This document shows, one piece after another, positions 1 through 17,024 of a stretch of 64,000 nucleotides of DNA. The position numbers were made by a program, and so were the translations under genes. The notes below the pieces were generated by a model. That model was not told where the DNA came from. It searched no databases and saw only the letters and a list, made by a program, of their open reading frames with translations. Every line of letters begins with the position of its first letter. Positions within the stretch are counted from its first letter, which is position 1. The stretch lies in assembly GCF_009914755.1 (NCBI RefSeq), contig NC_060928.1; one strand, 5' to 3'. Source of the DNA: the human T2T-CHM13v2.0 reference genome, Homo sapiens.

Positions 1-242
<242 letters not shown>

Positions 243-392
243 TTAAATAAATAAATAATAAATTTATGTCTTCATAAAGCACTCAGATTAGGAAAAAAAG
301 GATAAACAAAAAGGCATGTGTCATTTTTTTGATTGATAATTCCAAATTATGTTTCTTCCTTTAATTTTTGCCCTCCTTTCATTTACAAACAG

Positions 393-491
393 AATATGTT
401 TTTGGCTATCATCAATGATACTTACTCTGAAGTGAAATCTGACTTGGCACAGCAGAAAGCTGAAATGGAACTCTCAGATCTTATCAGAAAG
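393..491 (+). CDS. PKD2: PKD2 polycystin-2 exon 10 (end of S6, start of cytoplasmic C-tail)
   Basis: ag at 391-392, gt at 492; 99 nt encoding [33 protein letters not shown]. Confidence 0.98.
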
Positions 492-1754
492 GTAGGAAAA
501 ACCTTAATTCTCAGAATTCTTCTGTTTCTGACATAAAATGAGCATTGTTTCACCCAGATTTTCAAATCAACATTGATCCATTGAAATTGTTTGAAATAAA
601 GAATACATTGCTATATTTCAGGAATAATTTAAATGTTCCCTATCTTGGAGTCTTGATGGATATACTGCTATCTTGAATTTTAATTCTGGGAATCCTTTTA
701 TGCCCTGGAATTAAATTCTCAACAATCTTTTGACACTTTAAGAGCTGAGCTGAAGGTTCATCACCTTCATTATTTTGACATCTCCTGTAGCTGGCTCTCA
801 CTTCAGGATCCTGAGTTGAGAATAAACTAGAAGGGAAGATTATATAAAGGGATTTCCACCTCTTCTGTCTCAATTACCATTTTAAAAAAATAAAAAGTTT
901 TAGAGGAAAACACTTAGTAGTTCACCCTTTACCCTTGACCTTCCACGGCAGTTTTAAAATAAGCAAAGGAAAAGATTCATGAATTCAGGCCATAGCCTGG
1001 GGCCTGAGAACTTTTACTTATGCACCTTCTCAGGAAGGGTTTCATTGTTAAATAGAAGGGCAGGACAGGAAAGTTGGGCCTCTTTGTTCTTCTCAATGTA
1101 ACTTCTTTATTTGGTTTAAAGTATAAAATGTATACAACAACAAATAACCACATTTAAAATACACAGTTTGTTTCCCAACATCATTTTGCTAAGTCATAGT
1201 GGCTCCTTAACTGTAATTTTTTTTTTTATTAGTCCAAGCCTTAGGATTATGTTATCTGTGATATATGTTATAATAGAAAACTTAAGCCTCTTAAAACAAA
1301 GTCCTTGGGATGGGACCTAAGATTCACATTATCTTGATTCCGCATAACAGTTGCTTACATTTTAGCAAATCTCCAGTGTGTATGCAAGCACTCCTCACTT
1401 GGCACAATTCTGATACACACAAACTTTGGTTACCCCAGTTTTGTTATGTAACACCACCTTCAACAACACAGTTCAAATTTCAGTTATCATAGTATATTAA
1501 CTCTGAGTAACAGCACAAAGTACAAACTCCACTGCTAGCTCTTCAGTGTATAGATCAGTTACCTGAGTAACAGATGTGCAGGCTGAGCAGGCTCACTGGT
1601 CAGTCATGACACTATTTTCAGTCTGTTACTAATTGGTCACTGAGCATCTGCTATCCAATTCACAAACAAAGAAAGCATGTAGTGTTGCTTCCTTGTGTTC
1701 CAGTAATAAGCCCATGTGACATTTTACAAAAATGGATAATTGAAAAAGAGAATG

Positions 1755-2119
<365 letters not shown>

Positions 2120-2359
2120 TTATAGAAGAAATAGCTGAGTGAAGAAGAAATAGGAGTGTTGACACTGCGATCATTCAAGAGATCCAGATATGGAGCCAGA
2201 AGAACTTAGGGCAGGTCTATCAACTTAAATGAGGAAAATAGCTGTGATAAAACAGATGAAGATGTCTTGAGGAAATGATGCCTGCAAAAAACTTCACATT
2301 AAGGGAAGTCTTATTAGAGATATTTCACAATAATGAAAGTACAAAAGAAAAAATGTTGG

Positions 2360-2660
2360 GGCTGGACATGGTGGCTTACTCCTGTAATCCCAGCACTTTG
2401 AGAGGCCAAGGTGGGTGGATCACTTGAGGCCAGGAAGTCGAGACAAGCCTGATCAACATGATGAAACCCCGTCTCTATTAAAAATACAAAAATTAGCCAG
2501 ACATGATGGTGCACACCTGTAATTCCAGCTACTCAAGTGGCTGAGGCACGAGAATTGCTTGAACCAGGGAGGCGGAGGTTGCAGTAAGCTGAGATTGCAC
2601 CACTGCAATCCAGCCAGGTGACAGGGTAAGACTGTGTCTCAAAAATAAATAAAAGAAAAA
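2360..2660 (+). mobile_element. AluS
   Basis: Full dimer; TSD-like aaaagaaaaa(a/ta)tgttgg. Confidence 0.95.
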
Positions 2661-3097
2661 TATGTTGGAAGCTCATCCACATTTAAGAAGGAATATGACA
2701 ATTCACTAATGCATAGAAAAGAAGTTCACTCCACATTGTAAAGTGTACAGTGTAATATTATACAATGAAAACAAGGCAAGTGCTGTTTAAACTACTCTGG
2801 ATACATTTTTTACAAAGAAATAAAACACTTTAGTTTTTAATGTTTCTAATGTTTTACATTTTAGTGTATTAAATCAATATTAGTTTTCTTCTTTTTTAAG
2901 CTCCCTATACATTTATAACTGACACTAAGGGAGTGTTTAATGTTTTGATTAAAAGTTGTAAAGATCACAGAACAATTGTAATTCTTCCCACTGATTATTC
3001 AGATCATTTTGCACAATTTCAGCTTGCATGGTCACTTACAGTGCCGCACTATGTGCAAAGCAAGGTCAGGTCTAAAGTTCGCTAATGAAAAATCCTC

Positions 3098-3385
3098 GGC
3101 CAGGGGCAGTGGCTCACCCCTGTAATCCTAGCACTTTGGAAGGCGAGGCAGGCAGATCGCTTGAGCTCAGGAGTTCAACACCAGCCTGGGCAACATGGTG
3201 AGACCCTGTCTCTACAAAAAAAAAAAAATAGCAAGGCGTGGTGACTCACACCTGTAGTCCCAGCTACTTGTTGGGGGCTGAGTTGGGAAAATCACTTGAG
3301 CTCAGGAGGTCGAGGCTGCAGTGAGCCAGAATCACGCCACTGCCCTTCTGCCTGGGTGACAGAGTAAGATCCTGTCTCAAAAAAA
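3098..3385 (+). mobile_element. AluJ
   Basis: Full dimer; TSD aaaatcctc. Confidence 0.93.
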
Positions 3386-3860
3386 GGGAAAATCCTCATC
3401 TACATTTCACTGGGTTTTTTGTTTGTTTGTTTGTTTGTTTATACACACTTAAGGAAATTACTGTCTAGAAGATAGATAATATAAAAAATAAAAATGCAAT
3501 TCATGATTCGGGTTTCTTGGTATTCCTAAGAACTGTTGCACAGTACTTTATGCTCTGAGGCAGACAGCTATAGCATATATAGTAATTTTTGTTTCTATCA
3601 CATAAACTTGAATACACATATGAGTAAAAGACCTTTAGTTCTTCATGACTTACTGAAAGACCCTGACTTTTTCCATGTAACTGTTCCACAAGTGTTTTAT
3701 GGAAAACTGGATACATTAATTCTTCATTCATCCAGCACGTACTTGTTGAATGGCCAATGTACACCAGGTTTGTAGTAGTTACTACTGTGAATGGAAAGTA
3801 AAACAGATGCAAAAGGAGAATACACTAAACCAAGTCTTTTATTTTTTCTCTCTCTGATAG

Positions 3861-3983
<123 letters not shown>

Positions 3984-4180
3984 TGAGAATCATGCTTCCT
4001 GAGGTTCTGAAAAATTCCTGCTTCTAAAGATAAATTCCTGGTGATAAGAGTATTTCTAGCCCAAGGGCTCATACAGATACTTTTTTTTTTTTTTTCCAGA
4101 GGCAGGTATCTTTCTGGAACATGTTATAAGAGGAAAACTTGCCCCCATTTGGTGATTTCTCCTTTCCTCCTGCATTTTGA

Positions 4181-4378
<198 letters not shown>

Positions 4379-4821
4379 TAGGAGAACCGGATTTGATTTG
4401 GTACCTACAACACCACAGATGTATCAAACACTATAGAAGTAGTGGGTTATTGAGTCTCTTGCCCATTCCCCACCACACTCTCTCTCTCTCTCAGTCGGTT
4501 TATGTGTTAGTACCCTGTTTATTCCAGAAAGAATATATAACACAATTATGTATAAAAATGGGTGGTTAGCATGATATAAAAACGTCAAAATGAAAAGCAA
4601 GCAAAACAAATGTAAAAATAATGGATTATTAATGAAGCTTAAAAATGCATTCATAAAAACACATATGCTTATTAAGATTGGGCTACAAATTGGGCCCTAA
4701 GCTTGCTGGTAATCAGCTTGAAAAGAGAAGCCTGATTAGCTGCAGAGTCCACAATGTCCGTGAGAGTGAAGAAAACAAAAAATGACTTACCAAGAGATGT
4801 GAAATTATTCTGGTTAGTTAG

Positions 4822-5263
<442 letters not shown>

Positions 5264-5572
5264 TAACTTTCAAAAATAAATGGTTAGACAGCAACAACAA
5301 AAATCTGTGGTAACTGAGGTACAGAGAACACAGATGAATGTTATTACAAAAGCCACTTTCCTATGAGAAGTCTAGGACAGTGGTTTCTAAATGCCACTCC
5401 ACAGACAGTGCTAGTAGGTGACAGACTTCTCCAGTCACAGTGAAATTTAAGCATAAAGAAAATGAGGAAAATTTTTACAAGGCTCTATTTAGACAAAGTT
5501 CTTATTCTGACATTACATCTTTCCTACTTTGGAGCTGTTGAATGTATTATCTTTTATGAAAAGAAGGCGATC

Positions 5573-5824
5573 CAGGTTGAGCATCCCTAACCCAAATATG
5601 TGAGTCTGAAATGCTCCAAAACCTAAAACTTCTTGAGCACAAACATGATAGTCAAAGGTCATGCTTAAAGGAAATGCTGTCATTGGAGCAGTTTGGATTT
5701 TGGGTTTTCAGATTAGGGATGCTGAACCAGTAAGTATAATGCAAACATTCCAAAATATTTTTGAAAATCCCAAATCCAAAACACTTCTGATCCCAAGTAT
5801 TTCAAATAAGGGATACTCAACCTG
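5573..5824. mobile_element. Tigger4a/MER46 (Zombi) non-autonomous DNA transposon
   Basis: TIRs caggttgagcatccct ... agggatactcaacctg followed by TA. Confidence 0.85.
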
Positions 5825-5839
5825 TAATATATTTCTTCA

Positions 5840-6122
5840 TTTCTTTATTTATTTTATTATTATTTTAAGATGGCTCATGGCCCACTGCAGCCTCAAACTC
5901 CTAGGCTCAAGTGATCTTCCGACCTCAACCTCCCAGGTAGCTCAGGTAGCTGGGACTGCAGGCATGCATCACCATGCCTGGCTAATTTTTTAAAAAATTT
6001 TTTGTGGAGGCAGAGTCTCACCTTGCTGCCCAGGCCAGTCTCAAACTCCTGGCTTCAAGCAGTACTCCTGCCTCAGCCTCCCAAAGTATTAGGATTACAG
6101 GTGTGACCACTATGCCTGGCCC
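5840..6122 (-). mobile_element. AluJ with internal deletion
   Basis: Reverse Alu consensus. Confidence 0.9.
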
Positions 6123-6369
6123 ATATTTCTTCATTTAGTTTTTTCTTTGCCTGCTGTGTTTTTAATGTTCTTTCTTGTTCAAACAAAAAGTTGGCTATTC
6201 CTTGCTGTTAGTTAAATTTGCCAATCTATGAAACTGAAAAATGCAGGAGTCCCAGCCTGGTGTTAAATACAAAGAAATCCCAGGTAAATGGCATGCACCC
6301 AGTTCCTGCTTGCCCAAGTCCTTGGTGAGGCTTCTGTGGGGTCTCAGTGTTCTGCTCCTCACTCAGTGA

Positions 6370-6549
<180 letters not shown>

Positions 6550-6675
6550 TAAGTATAAAGGAATTGGCAGAATTTGCGTTGACAAGAGTCCACATGAGAC
6601 CAGGCAGTTCCCTCATCTCTCTGAATTCACTCCTTTCCATTACTAATCATCCAGCTTTTAAAAATAACTTATACT

Positions 6676-6969
6676 GGCCAGACGCAGTGGCTCATGCCTG
6701 TAATCCCACCACTTTGGGAGGCCAAAGCAGGCAGGTCATGAGGTCAGAAGTTCGAGACGAGCCTGGCCAACATAGTGAAACCCCATCTCTATTAAAAATA
6801 CAAAAAATTAGCTGGGCATGGTGGTGGGCACCTGTAATCCTAGCTACTTGGGAGGCTGAGGCAAGAGAATTGCTTGAACCCGGGAGGCGGAGGTTACAGA
6901 GAGCCGAGATGGCTCCACTGCACACCAGCCTGGGCGACAGTGCAAGACTCTGTCTCAAAAAAAAAAAAA
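6676..6969 (+). mobile_element. AluS
   Basis: Full dimer with A-tail. Confidence 0.95.
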
Positions 6970-9056
6970 CTTGTCAATTGGTGTTTTGTTTCTTACATAA
7001 TATGTTTACTATAAAAATTAGCAAATAAGAGCAAAAGAAAACATTAACATTTCACATATTTCTACCAATGAAAAATGTTTATTAATATATCAGTGTTTGT
7101 GTCTCTATTTGCATGTGTTTATCAATGTTTCTATATATTTTTATGGCCTAACATATGGTTCGTCCTGAAGAATGTTCCTTGTGCATTTGAGAAGAATGAA
7201 TATTCTGCTGTTCAAGTGTTCTGTAGATGTTTGTTAGGTCTAGTTTGTTTACAGTTTTATTCAGGTCTCCCATTTCCTGGTTGATCTTAGATGTGCCTAG
7301 ATGTGGTATTCACGTTTGAAAGTGGGGTATTAAAGTCTCCAAGTATTATTAGTTGGAGTTCATCCCTTCAATTCTGTAAGGTTTTGCTTTGTGTATTTTG
7401 GAACTCTGTTGTTGGGTGCATACATATTTATAACTAGTATATTTTCCTAATATATTGACCCTATTTTCTCTCTCAACTTAATGAGGCTAAAGAAAAAAAA
7501 GAATTGACCCTGTTTTCATTACAAGATGTTATCCACTTTATCTCTAGTAAAATTCTTTGTTTTAAGTATTTTTTGTTTGATATTACTGTAACCACTCCAG
7601 CTTTCTTTTGGTTGCTGTTTGCATGATAAATCTTTTTCCATCCTTTTACTTTAAACTTATTTATATCTTTCAGTCTGAAGTATGTCTCTCCTGTAGACAG
7701 CATATAATTGGATCTTATCTTTTTATCCAGTTTGACAATTTCTGTTTTTGATTAGATTGCTTAATCCATTCATTTAATGTTATCATTGATGTAGTTGATT
7801 TCTGTCTGCTATTTTATTTTTTGTTTTCTAGCTTACTTTTTTTTGTTCCTCTTTCACTGCTTTCTTGTACATTAAGTGAATATTTTCAAGTATAACATTT
7901 AAATTTTTTTAATGATTTTTCATTTTTTTTAGTCAGGAGTTGCTCTAAGACTTAGTTTATACAATTAAGTTATGAAAAATTACTTCAGATATATATTAAC
8001 TGAATCCAGTGAGATATAGAAATCATTTCTATTTAGCTTTTTTCCTCTTCCCTCTTTTTGTGCTATATATTCATCTATCTATATGTATATATAGTCATCT
8101 ACATATGTTGCAAATCACATTGTTAGAACAATGTTACATTTTTATAACACACTGTGTAATATATAGTATATAATTTTATATCTCTTAATGAAGCTGAGAG
8201 AAGAGGAAGTATATATTTATAAATGTGTATATTAACCTACTTTTTTACCATTTCTAATTCTCTTCTTTTGCTCCTCTGGATTCAAGTTATCATCTGTCGT
8301 CATTCTCTTTCTCCGATACAGCTTTGCTACTGCCTACCTCCTATTATTGTCAAATATATTACATTTCTATTATAGACCTTCAGATCCAATTATGTACATA
8401 TTTTTACACAACTGCTTTTTAAATCAGTTAAGGAACAAAAGGAGAAATGTACATATATACTATATTTTATACCTACACAGTTATCTTTACCAGTGTTCTT
8501 TGCCTTTTCATGTGGATTCTGATTACTATCTGGAGTCACTTGCTTTCAGCATAAAGAATTTCCTTTAGTATTTTTTGTAAAGCAGGTTTGCTAGCAATGA
8601 ATTCTTTCATTTTTTGTTTATCTGAGAATGTTTTTCTTTCTCCTTCATTTCCTCTGGCTTGTATTGTTTCTGATGAGAAGACAGGTGCTAATTTTACTGT
8701 GGTCCCCTTGTACATGATGACTCAATTTTCTCTCACCACTTTCAAGATTTTTTTGCTTTTGTCTTTCATTATTTTTACTGTGATATGTCTGGGTATAAAT
8801 CTCTGAGTTCATCCTACTTAGAAAGTGTTTTTTCTGCTTCTTTCACTTTCTCTTCTCCTTTGGGACCCGCATTATGCATATGCTTAGGGGTATCACATAT
8901 TTCTCTTAGGCTCTGTTCGTCGTCATTTTTTTTCCCTCTCTGTTCCTCAGAGTGCATAGTCTGTATTGATGTATCTTCAAGTTCACTGACTTGTTCTTCT
9001 GTCAGCTTGCTTAAATCTCTGTTGAGCTCCTCTAGTTATTTATTTATTTATTTATT

Positions 9057-9062
<6 letters not shown>

Positions 9063-9138
<76 letters not shown>
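9063..9138. repeat. Compound (TA)n(GA)n microsatellite in an Alu tail
   Basis: Directly visible. Confidence 0.97.
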
Positions 9139-9139
<1 letters not shown>

Positions 9140-9144
9140 CAGGG

Positions 9145-9428
9145 AGACAGGGTCTCACTCCATCACCCAGGCTGGAGTACAGTGGTGTAATCATGGCTCT
9201 CTACAGCCTGAACACCTGGGCTCAAATGATCCTCCTGCCTCAACCTCCCAAGTAGCTAGGACTATGGGCACATGCTGCCATGCCTGGCTAATTTTTAAAA
9301 AAAAATTTGTAGAGATGGCATCTTGTTATGTTGCCCAGGTTGGTCTCAAACTCCCGGCCTCAAGTGATCCTTCCGCCTCGGCCTCCCAAAGTGCTGGGGT
9401 CACAGGTATGAGCCACCGCACTTAGCCT
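9145..9428 (-). mobile_element. AluJ
   Basis: Reverse Alu consensus. Confidence 0.93.
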
Positions 9429-9554
9429 GAATTTTTTATTTATTATACTTTTCAACTCCAGAATTTCTATTTGGTTCTTTTTAGCAATCTCTGTCTCTTT
9501 ATTCTGTATTTGATGATATCCTGTATTTGATGAGACAATGTCATCATAACTTCC

Positions 9555-9842
9555 TTTTTTTTTTAAGAGATAGGGTCTCTCTCTGTCACCCAGGCTAGAG
9601 TGCAGTGGCATGATCCTAGCTCACTGCAGCCTCGAACTCCTGAACTCAAGCAATCCTCCCACCTCAGCCTCCTAAGTACCTGACACTACAGGCATGAGCC
9701 ACTGTACCCAGCTAATTTTTATTTTTTGTAGAGATGGGGTCTAAGTTGCCCAGGCTGGTCTCAAACTCCTGGGCTCAAGTGATCCTCCCTGCTCAGGCTC
9801 CCAAAGTGCTGGGATTACAGGCATGAACCACTGGACCCAGCC
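9555..9842 (-). mobile_element. AluJ
   Basis: Reverse Alu consensus. Confidence 0.93.
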
Positions 9843-10468
9843 TCCTTTATTTCTTTAACCATGGTGGGGTTTTTTATTATTTGTTTGTTTGTTTTAACCT
9901 GTTTGAATATATTTATAATAGGTACCTTCAGGTCTTTGTCTGCTAAGTCTGACATCTGGGCCCTCTCAAAGACAGTTTCAGTTGTCTTTTTTTTTTTCTT
10001 CTTGTGTATGGGAACATTTTCCTGTTTTTTTGTTTTGTTTTTTGTTGTTTTGTTTTGTTGTTGTTGTTGTTGTTAAAGATTGGACATGTTAGATAATATA
10101 TTGTAGGAACTCTGGCTAGTGATTCCCTTTCCTCCCCAGGACTTGTTTTTATTTCTCTTTGCTTGTTTACTTTTTCATACAGTCTGTTTCCCCACAGTGT
10201 CTGCCTCTGACTTTATTCCTTAGAGGGCGCAGCTGTGGCCATGTACGTAGTCACTCTGGGAAGACAGTGGTTTTAGCAGCGTGCTCATTAACTTTCTCTG
10301 ACCTCTTTGTTATACCTCCTGCCTCTGTGGATATTAGACCCAGTTATTACATTTCATTGTTTACTGATTGGTCTATTGTTTTCCAGAATGCCTTGGGATG
10401 TAATTTGCTCCACAGTCTGATCCACTTAAATTCAGGCCTCTTTGCAGGGCTAGTTTTAGAGGCCAGTC

Positions 10469-10775
10469 TTTTTTTTTTTTTTTTTTTTTTTTTGAGACAG
10501 AGTCTCACTCTGTTGCCCAGGCCGGAATGTAGTGGTGCAGTCTCAGCTCACTGCAGCCTCAATCTCTCAGGCTCAAGCAATCTTCCCACCTCAGCTTCTC
10601 AAGTAGCTAGGACTACAGGTGCACGCCACCATGCCTGGTTAATTTTTGCATTTTTTATAGAGATGGGGTTTTACCATGTTGCCCCGGCTGGTCTCAAACT
10701 CCTGAGTTCAAGCAATCCACCCACCTCAGCCTCACAAAAGGCCGGGATTACAGATATGCACCACCACGCCTGGCC
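10469..10775 (-). mobile_element. AluJ
   Basis: Reverse Alu; TSD gaggccagtcttt. Confidence 0.95.
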
Positions 10776-11248
10776 CCTGAGGCCAGTCTTTAACTGTCTT
10801 CTTAGCTGTCTCTTTCCCTGGTTCTCTCTGGTGAACTAGCTGGTAATTTGTTTATCTCATAAGGCTACCAGATTCCTTGTAAATGCTTATCCCCACAATC
10901 TCCATTGTTTTCAAGAGCATCGTTAGTCTTTAATTTCCTCACGCTTCATTCCAAATAAAGTCCATTCACTTGAGAAGAGTTCTATATTCCTATGACCTGT
11001 GTCTCCCCATGAGCAAAACTGCTACTGCTTTACAGAGCCAGGGACAGTGGCCCACCTCTCTGTGGCATCCTGCTTTATGAACAAGTCACTGGGCTCAGAT
11101 GGCAGTCTCTGATTTTCTCACCTTGCTTCTTCTGGCATGGAAACTCCACCCTACAAGTGGGAACTGAGTGGAAGAAGAGAGCCCCATTCCCCTTAGCCAC
11201 TCTTAACAGGATTAGAACCTCTGCAACATGCATTTAAGAATGGGAACA

Positions 11249-12130
<882 letters not shown>

Positions 12131-12624
12131 TTAGCTGCACCCATGTGAAGTTGTGCTTCTATCACATGAGCTGGGGACAGGAGAGAAGGCTCAGATTATG
12201 GCTTCAGTGCCACAGAATCTCTTCATACTAAAATTTAGTAGATTTTCTTGAATAAATGCTTTTTCATTTGCTGTACACCCTTAAAAGTTTCTAGAAATTT
12301 TTAATATTTGAGTTTTAAAAAATAATTTTCAACAGTTACAGTTATTTCACTAAAGAGAGAGTCTACAGAACCCTCTTGCCACCATTGCAGAGGTTGTCTT
12401 TGGCTTACGAGTTTTTAAAGTATTTGTATACATTTTTTAAGTTCAAAATAATAGAATTGTAAGTGAACATGCTGTTTTCATACTGTTTTTCAAGCTTTAT
12501 TTAATATATTGTAAATCTAATTCTATTTTATTAAATAGTCTGCCACAGTATAATGTCTGATGTCTCCTTAGAATTTTATTGTATGGATGAACAATGATTA
12601 TTTAATTTCCTACCAATTGTTGGG

Positions 12625-12925
12625 TGTTTTTTGTTTGTTTGTTTGTTTTTGAGACTGGGTCTCACTCTGTCACCCAGGCTGGAGTGCAGGAGTGCGGTGG
12701 AATGATCACGGCTCACTGCAGCCTCAACATCCCAAGGCTCAGGTGATCCTTCCACCTCAGCCTCGCAAGTAGCTGGGAGTACAGGCACATGCCACCATGC
12801 CCACCTATTTTTTAGAGATGAAGTTTTGCCATCCTGCCCAGGCTGGCTCGAACTCCTGGCCTCAAGCGATCTGCACACTTCCGCCTCCCAAAATGCCAGG
12901 ATTACAGGCGTGAGCCATCATGCCC
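12625..12925 (-). mobile_element. AluJ
   Basis: Reverse Alu with (TTTG)n tail. Confidence 0.92.
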
Positions 12926-13265
12926 TACCCCCCCATCAATTGTTTGATGTAGCCATTTTTCAATGATCCGCGATTAAGAAGCAGCACTCTTTTATAGCCA
13001 AAAATTACACATATATAAAATTTTCCTTTAGAAAATGTTCTAAAAATGGAATGTCTAACTAAAGGGTTAGGCATACATTCTTAAGACTTCTGATACGCGC
13101 TGACTTGCAGGAAAGTTGTTTCAGTTAACACTCCTACCAGCGGCATCCGAGAGTTAATCTGTAAAGCTTGAGACAACTTAGAAAGTGTTTCAAATGATTG
13201 TGTTGCTTAAGAAAAAAATCTTAGCACTTCCTTTTGAAAAGCCAGTGGGGCTGAAAAGACAATGA

Positions 13266-13529
<264 letters not shown>

Positions 13530-13949
13530 TGAAGTATTGAAGAAGAGTAAAAAAAATTTACGTTTATAGAAATTCACAATGATGTTTCCATTTACTCTCA
13601 TTTTCAGATTTTTTTCTCTGAAACAGAAACACTCTTTCTATAAAATCTCTTGCTATAAAACATCAATGTAGTCATATTGTCTAACCCTTAGGCTGAGATG
13701 TTTATCTTTCTCCATAACTACAGATAAAATTATAATCTGGAGGTGTTACTTTCTTAATACTCCATATGCTAATGGTCCTGCCTTCACTGCAGGGTAGAAT
13801 TAAGTGAAAAATTACTCCAGCAACTCTGAGATTTGCTATTATATGCTGTAAATCTCCAGCCTTACCAAACTACAGATTATTTGGTCCCTGGACTTCCTAA
13901 GGCATTTCCTTCTACTGCCCCCAACACCAGTTTCTTTTTCCCTTTTTAG

Positions 13950-14186
<237 letters not shown>

Positions 14187-14317
14187 TATGTGTGTTTCAG
14201 TATGTGTGTTTCTAATAAGTGAGGAAGTGGCTGTCCTGAATTGCTGTAACAAGCACACTATTTATATGCCCTGACCACCATAGGATGCTAGTCTTTGTGA
14301 CCGATTGCTAATCTTCT

Positions 14318-14325
14318 GCACTTTA
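14318..14325 (+). promoter_or_regulatory. miR-17 family 8mer site (GCACTTTA) in the PKD2 3' UTR
   Basis: Exact seed match; miR-17 repression of PKD2 through its 3' UTR is established. Confidence 0.85.
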
Positions 14326-15195
14326 ATTTATTTTATATAAACTTTACCCATGGTTCAAAGATTTTTTTTTCTTTTTCTCATATAAGAAATCTAGGTGTAA
14401 ATATTGAGTACAGAAAAAAAATCTTCATGATGTGTATTGAGCGGTACGCCCAGTTGCCACCATGACTGAGTCTTCTCAGTTGACAATGAAGTAGCCTTTT
14501 AAAGCTAGAAAACTGTCAAAGGGCTTCTGAGTTTCATTTCCAGTCACAAAAATCAGTATTGTTATTTTTTTCCAAGAGTGTGAAGGAAAATGGGGCATTC
14601 CTTTCCACTCTGGCATAGTTCATGAGCTTAATACATAGCTTTCTTTTAAGAAAGGAGCCTTTTTTTTCAACTAGCTTCCTGGGGTAAACTTTTCTAAAAG
14701 ATAAAATGGAAAGGAACTCCAAACTATGATAGAATCTGTGTGAATGGTTAAGATGAATGTTAAATACTATGCTTTTTTGTAAGTTGATCGTATCTGATGT
14801 CTGTGGGACTAACTGTATCACTTAATTTTTACCTTATTTTGGCTCTAATTTGAATAAGCTGAGTAAAACCACCAAAGATCAGTTATAGGATAAAATGGCA
14901 TCTCTAACCATAACACAGGAGAATTGGAAGGAGCCCTAAGTTGTCACTCAGTTTAATTTCTTTTAATGGTTAGTTTAGCCTAAAGATTTATCTGCATATT
15001 CTTTTTCCCATGTGGCTCTACTCATTTGCAACTGAATTTAATGTTATAACTCATCTAGTGAGACCAACTTACTAAATTTTTAGTATGCACTGAAAGTTTT
15101 TATCCAACAATTATGTTCATTTTAAGCAAAATTTTAAGAAAGTTTTGAAATTCATAAAGCATTTGGTTTTAAACTATTTTAAGAATATAGTACTC

Positions 15196-15425
<230 letters not shown>

Positions 15426-16246
15426 TTAAAAGTTCATACATTAGACAGTATCAGCCAAAATTTGAGTTAGCAACACTGTTTTCTTTACGAGAGGGTCTCA
15501 CCCAAATTTATGGGGAGAAATCTATTTCTCAAAAAAAAAAATCTTCTTTTACAGAAATGTTGAGTAAGGTGACATTTTGAGCGCTAATAAGCAAAAGAGC
15601 ATGCAGTGCTGTTGAATAACCCTCACTTGGAGAACCAAGAGAATCCTGTCGTTTAATGCTATATTTTAATTTCACAAGTTGTTCATTTAACTGGTAGAAT
15701 GTCAGTCCAATCTCCAATGAGAACATGAGCAAATAGACCTTTCCAGGTTGAAAGTGAAACATACTGGGTTTCTGTAAGTTTTTCCTCATGGCTTCATCTC
15801 TATCTTTACTTTCTCTTGAATATGCTACACAAAGTTCTTTATTACTACATACTAAAGTTTGCATTCCAGGGATATTGACTGTACATATTTATGTATATGT
15901 ACCATGTTGTTACATGTAAACAAACTTCAATTTGAAGTGCAGCTATTATGTGGTATCCATGTGTATCGACCATGTGCCATATATCAATTATGGTCACTAG
16001 AAAGTCTCTTTATGATACTTTTTATTGTACTGTTTTTCATTTCACTTGCAAAATTTTGCAGAATTCCTCCTTTCTACCCATAAATTACATATATTTTTCT
16101 TCTTTAGTCATGGAGAACTCCCCCCCTCATCTCTTCCCTATTATCTTTCCCTGTGTACTGGTATTATTAAAAAGACATTACATACGCAAGTCTTTCTCGA
16201 CAATCAAGAATGTTATTAATGTGTAATACTGAGCACTTTACTTCTT

Positions 16247-16252
16247 AATAAA
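16247..16252 (+). terminator. PKD2: PKD2 poly(A) signal AATAAA
   Basis: Canonical hexamer with downstream GT-rich element. Confidence 0.85.
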
Positions 16253-16479
16253 AACTTGATATAGTAGCAGATGTGAGAGTTGTCTGTTTTCTAAGTAGTC
16301 ACAGGTAATGTGCCTTTTATCATGAGACTTTGACTTTGAAAAAGGCACCTTCTCTATGTCCGAAAACATTAATTGGTACATTTCTCTGTTTATTACACGA
16401 GCTACACAATTCAGGTACCCAGTTAGCCTTTAAGCACAGGGCTGTCATTTATGGCATTTTTGTTTTTATTTTCCTGAAA

Positions 16480-16865
16480 CGAAGATTCCAGGGCAGGTGG
16501 TTTATTTGAGAGGTGTAGGCAATAGGGATAGTGGAGTGGGAAGGACGGGGAGAAGAGAGGGTGCCAGTAAAGGGCGTGTCGTCTAGCTGCATAACAGCAT
16601 AGGCTGCCAAAGCCTAATTCCTGTGGTAAAATGCTGAGAAACAGTGTAGGACAAATGAGAACAAACAATTCAGACTTATCCCAGCTGAAGGGCCAGGACT
16701 TTGGTTGAAAGACCACTCTGGGAGAATGATAGCAATTCCCTAGCACGTCCAGTAGACAAAGCAGCCTTTGCTGGCTTCTGAGCAAGCCTGTAGGCAAAGA
16801 AATGCAGACACTGGTAGATGAAAACCAGCAGGCATACACTGAAGTGCCACATGGTCAAGGTGCCC
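16480..16865 (-). mobile_element. ERVL LTR (LTR33/LTR16-like)
   Basis: Motif ggtttatttgagaggtg...gggagtgggaag...ccagtaaagggcgtgt typical of these LTRs; family recalled from memory. Confidence 0.55.
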
Positions 16866-17024
16866 ACGTTATACACTATGTATGATCACGCATTGTTCAA
16901 TCCTAAGGGATTCCATCCCCTTAGAATACTACAAATGGGGCTCCATGGAGTTGTGCCACATGGTGACTCTCTATGCAGACCACCCATAAAACAGATAAGT
17001 TTAAAAGCATAAAGAAACAAGCAC

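Noticed and set aside
10159-10839. 226-aa ORF, the longest in the window
   Set aside because: Runs through L1M sequence and an antisense Alu (FFFF...[14 protein letters not shown]); a typical repeat artefact with no gene structure.
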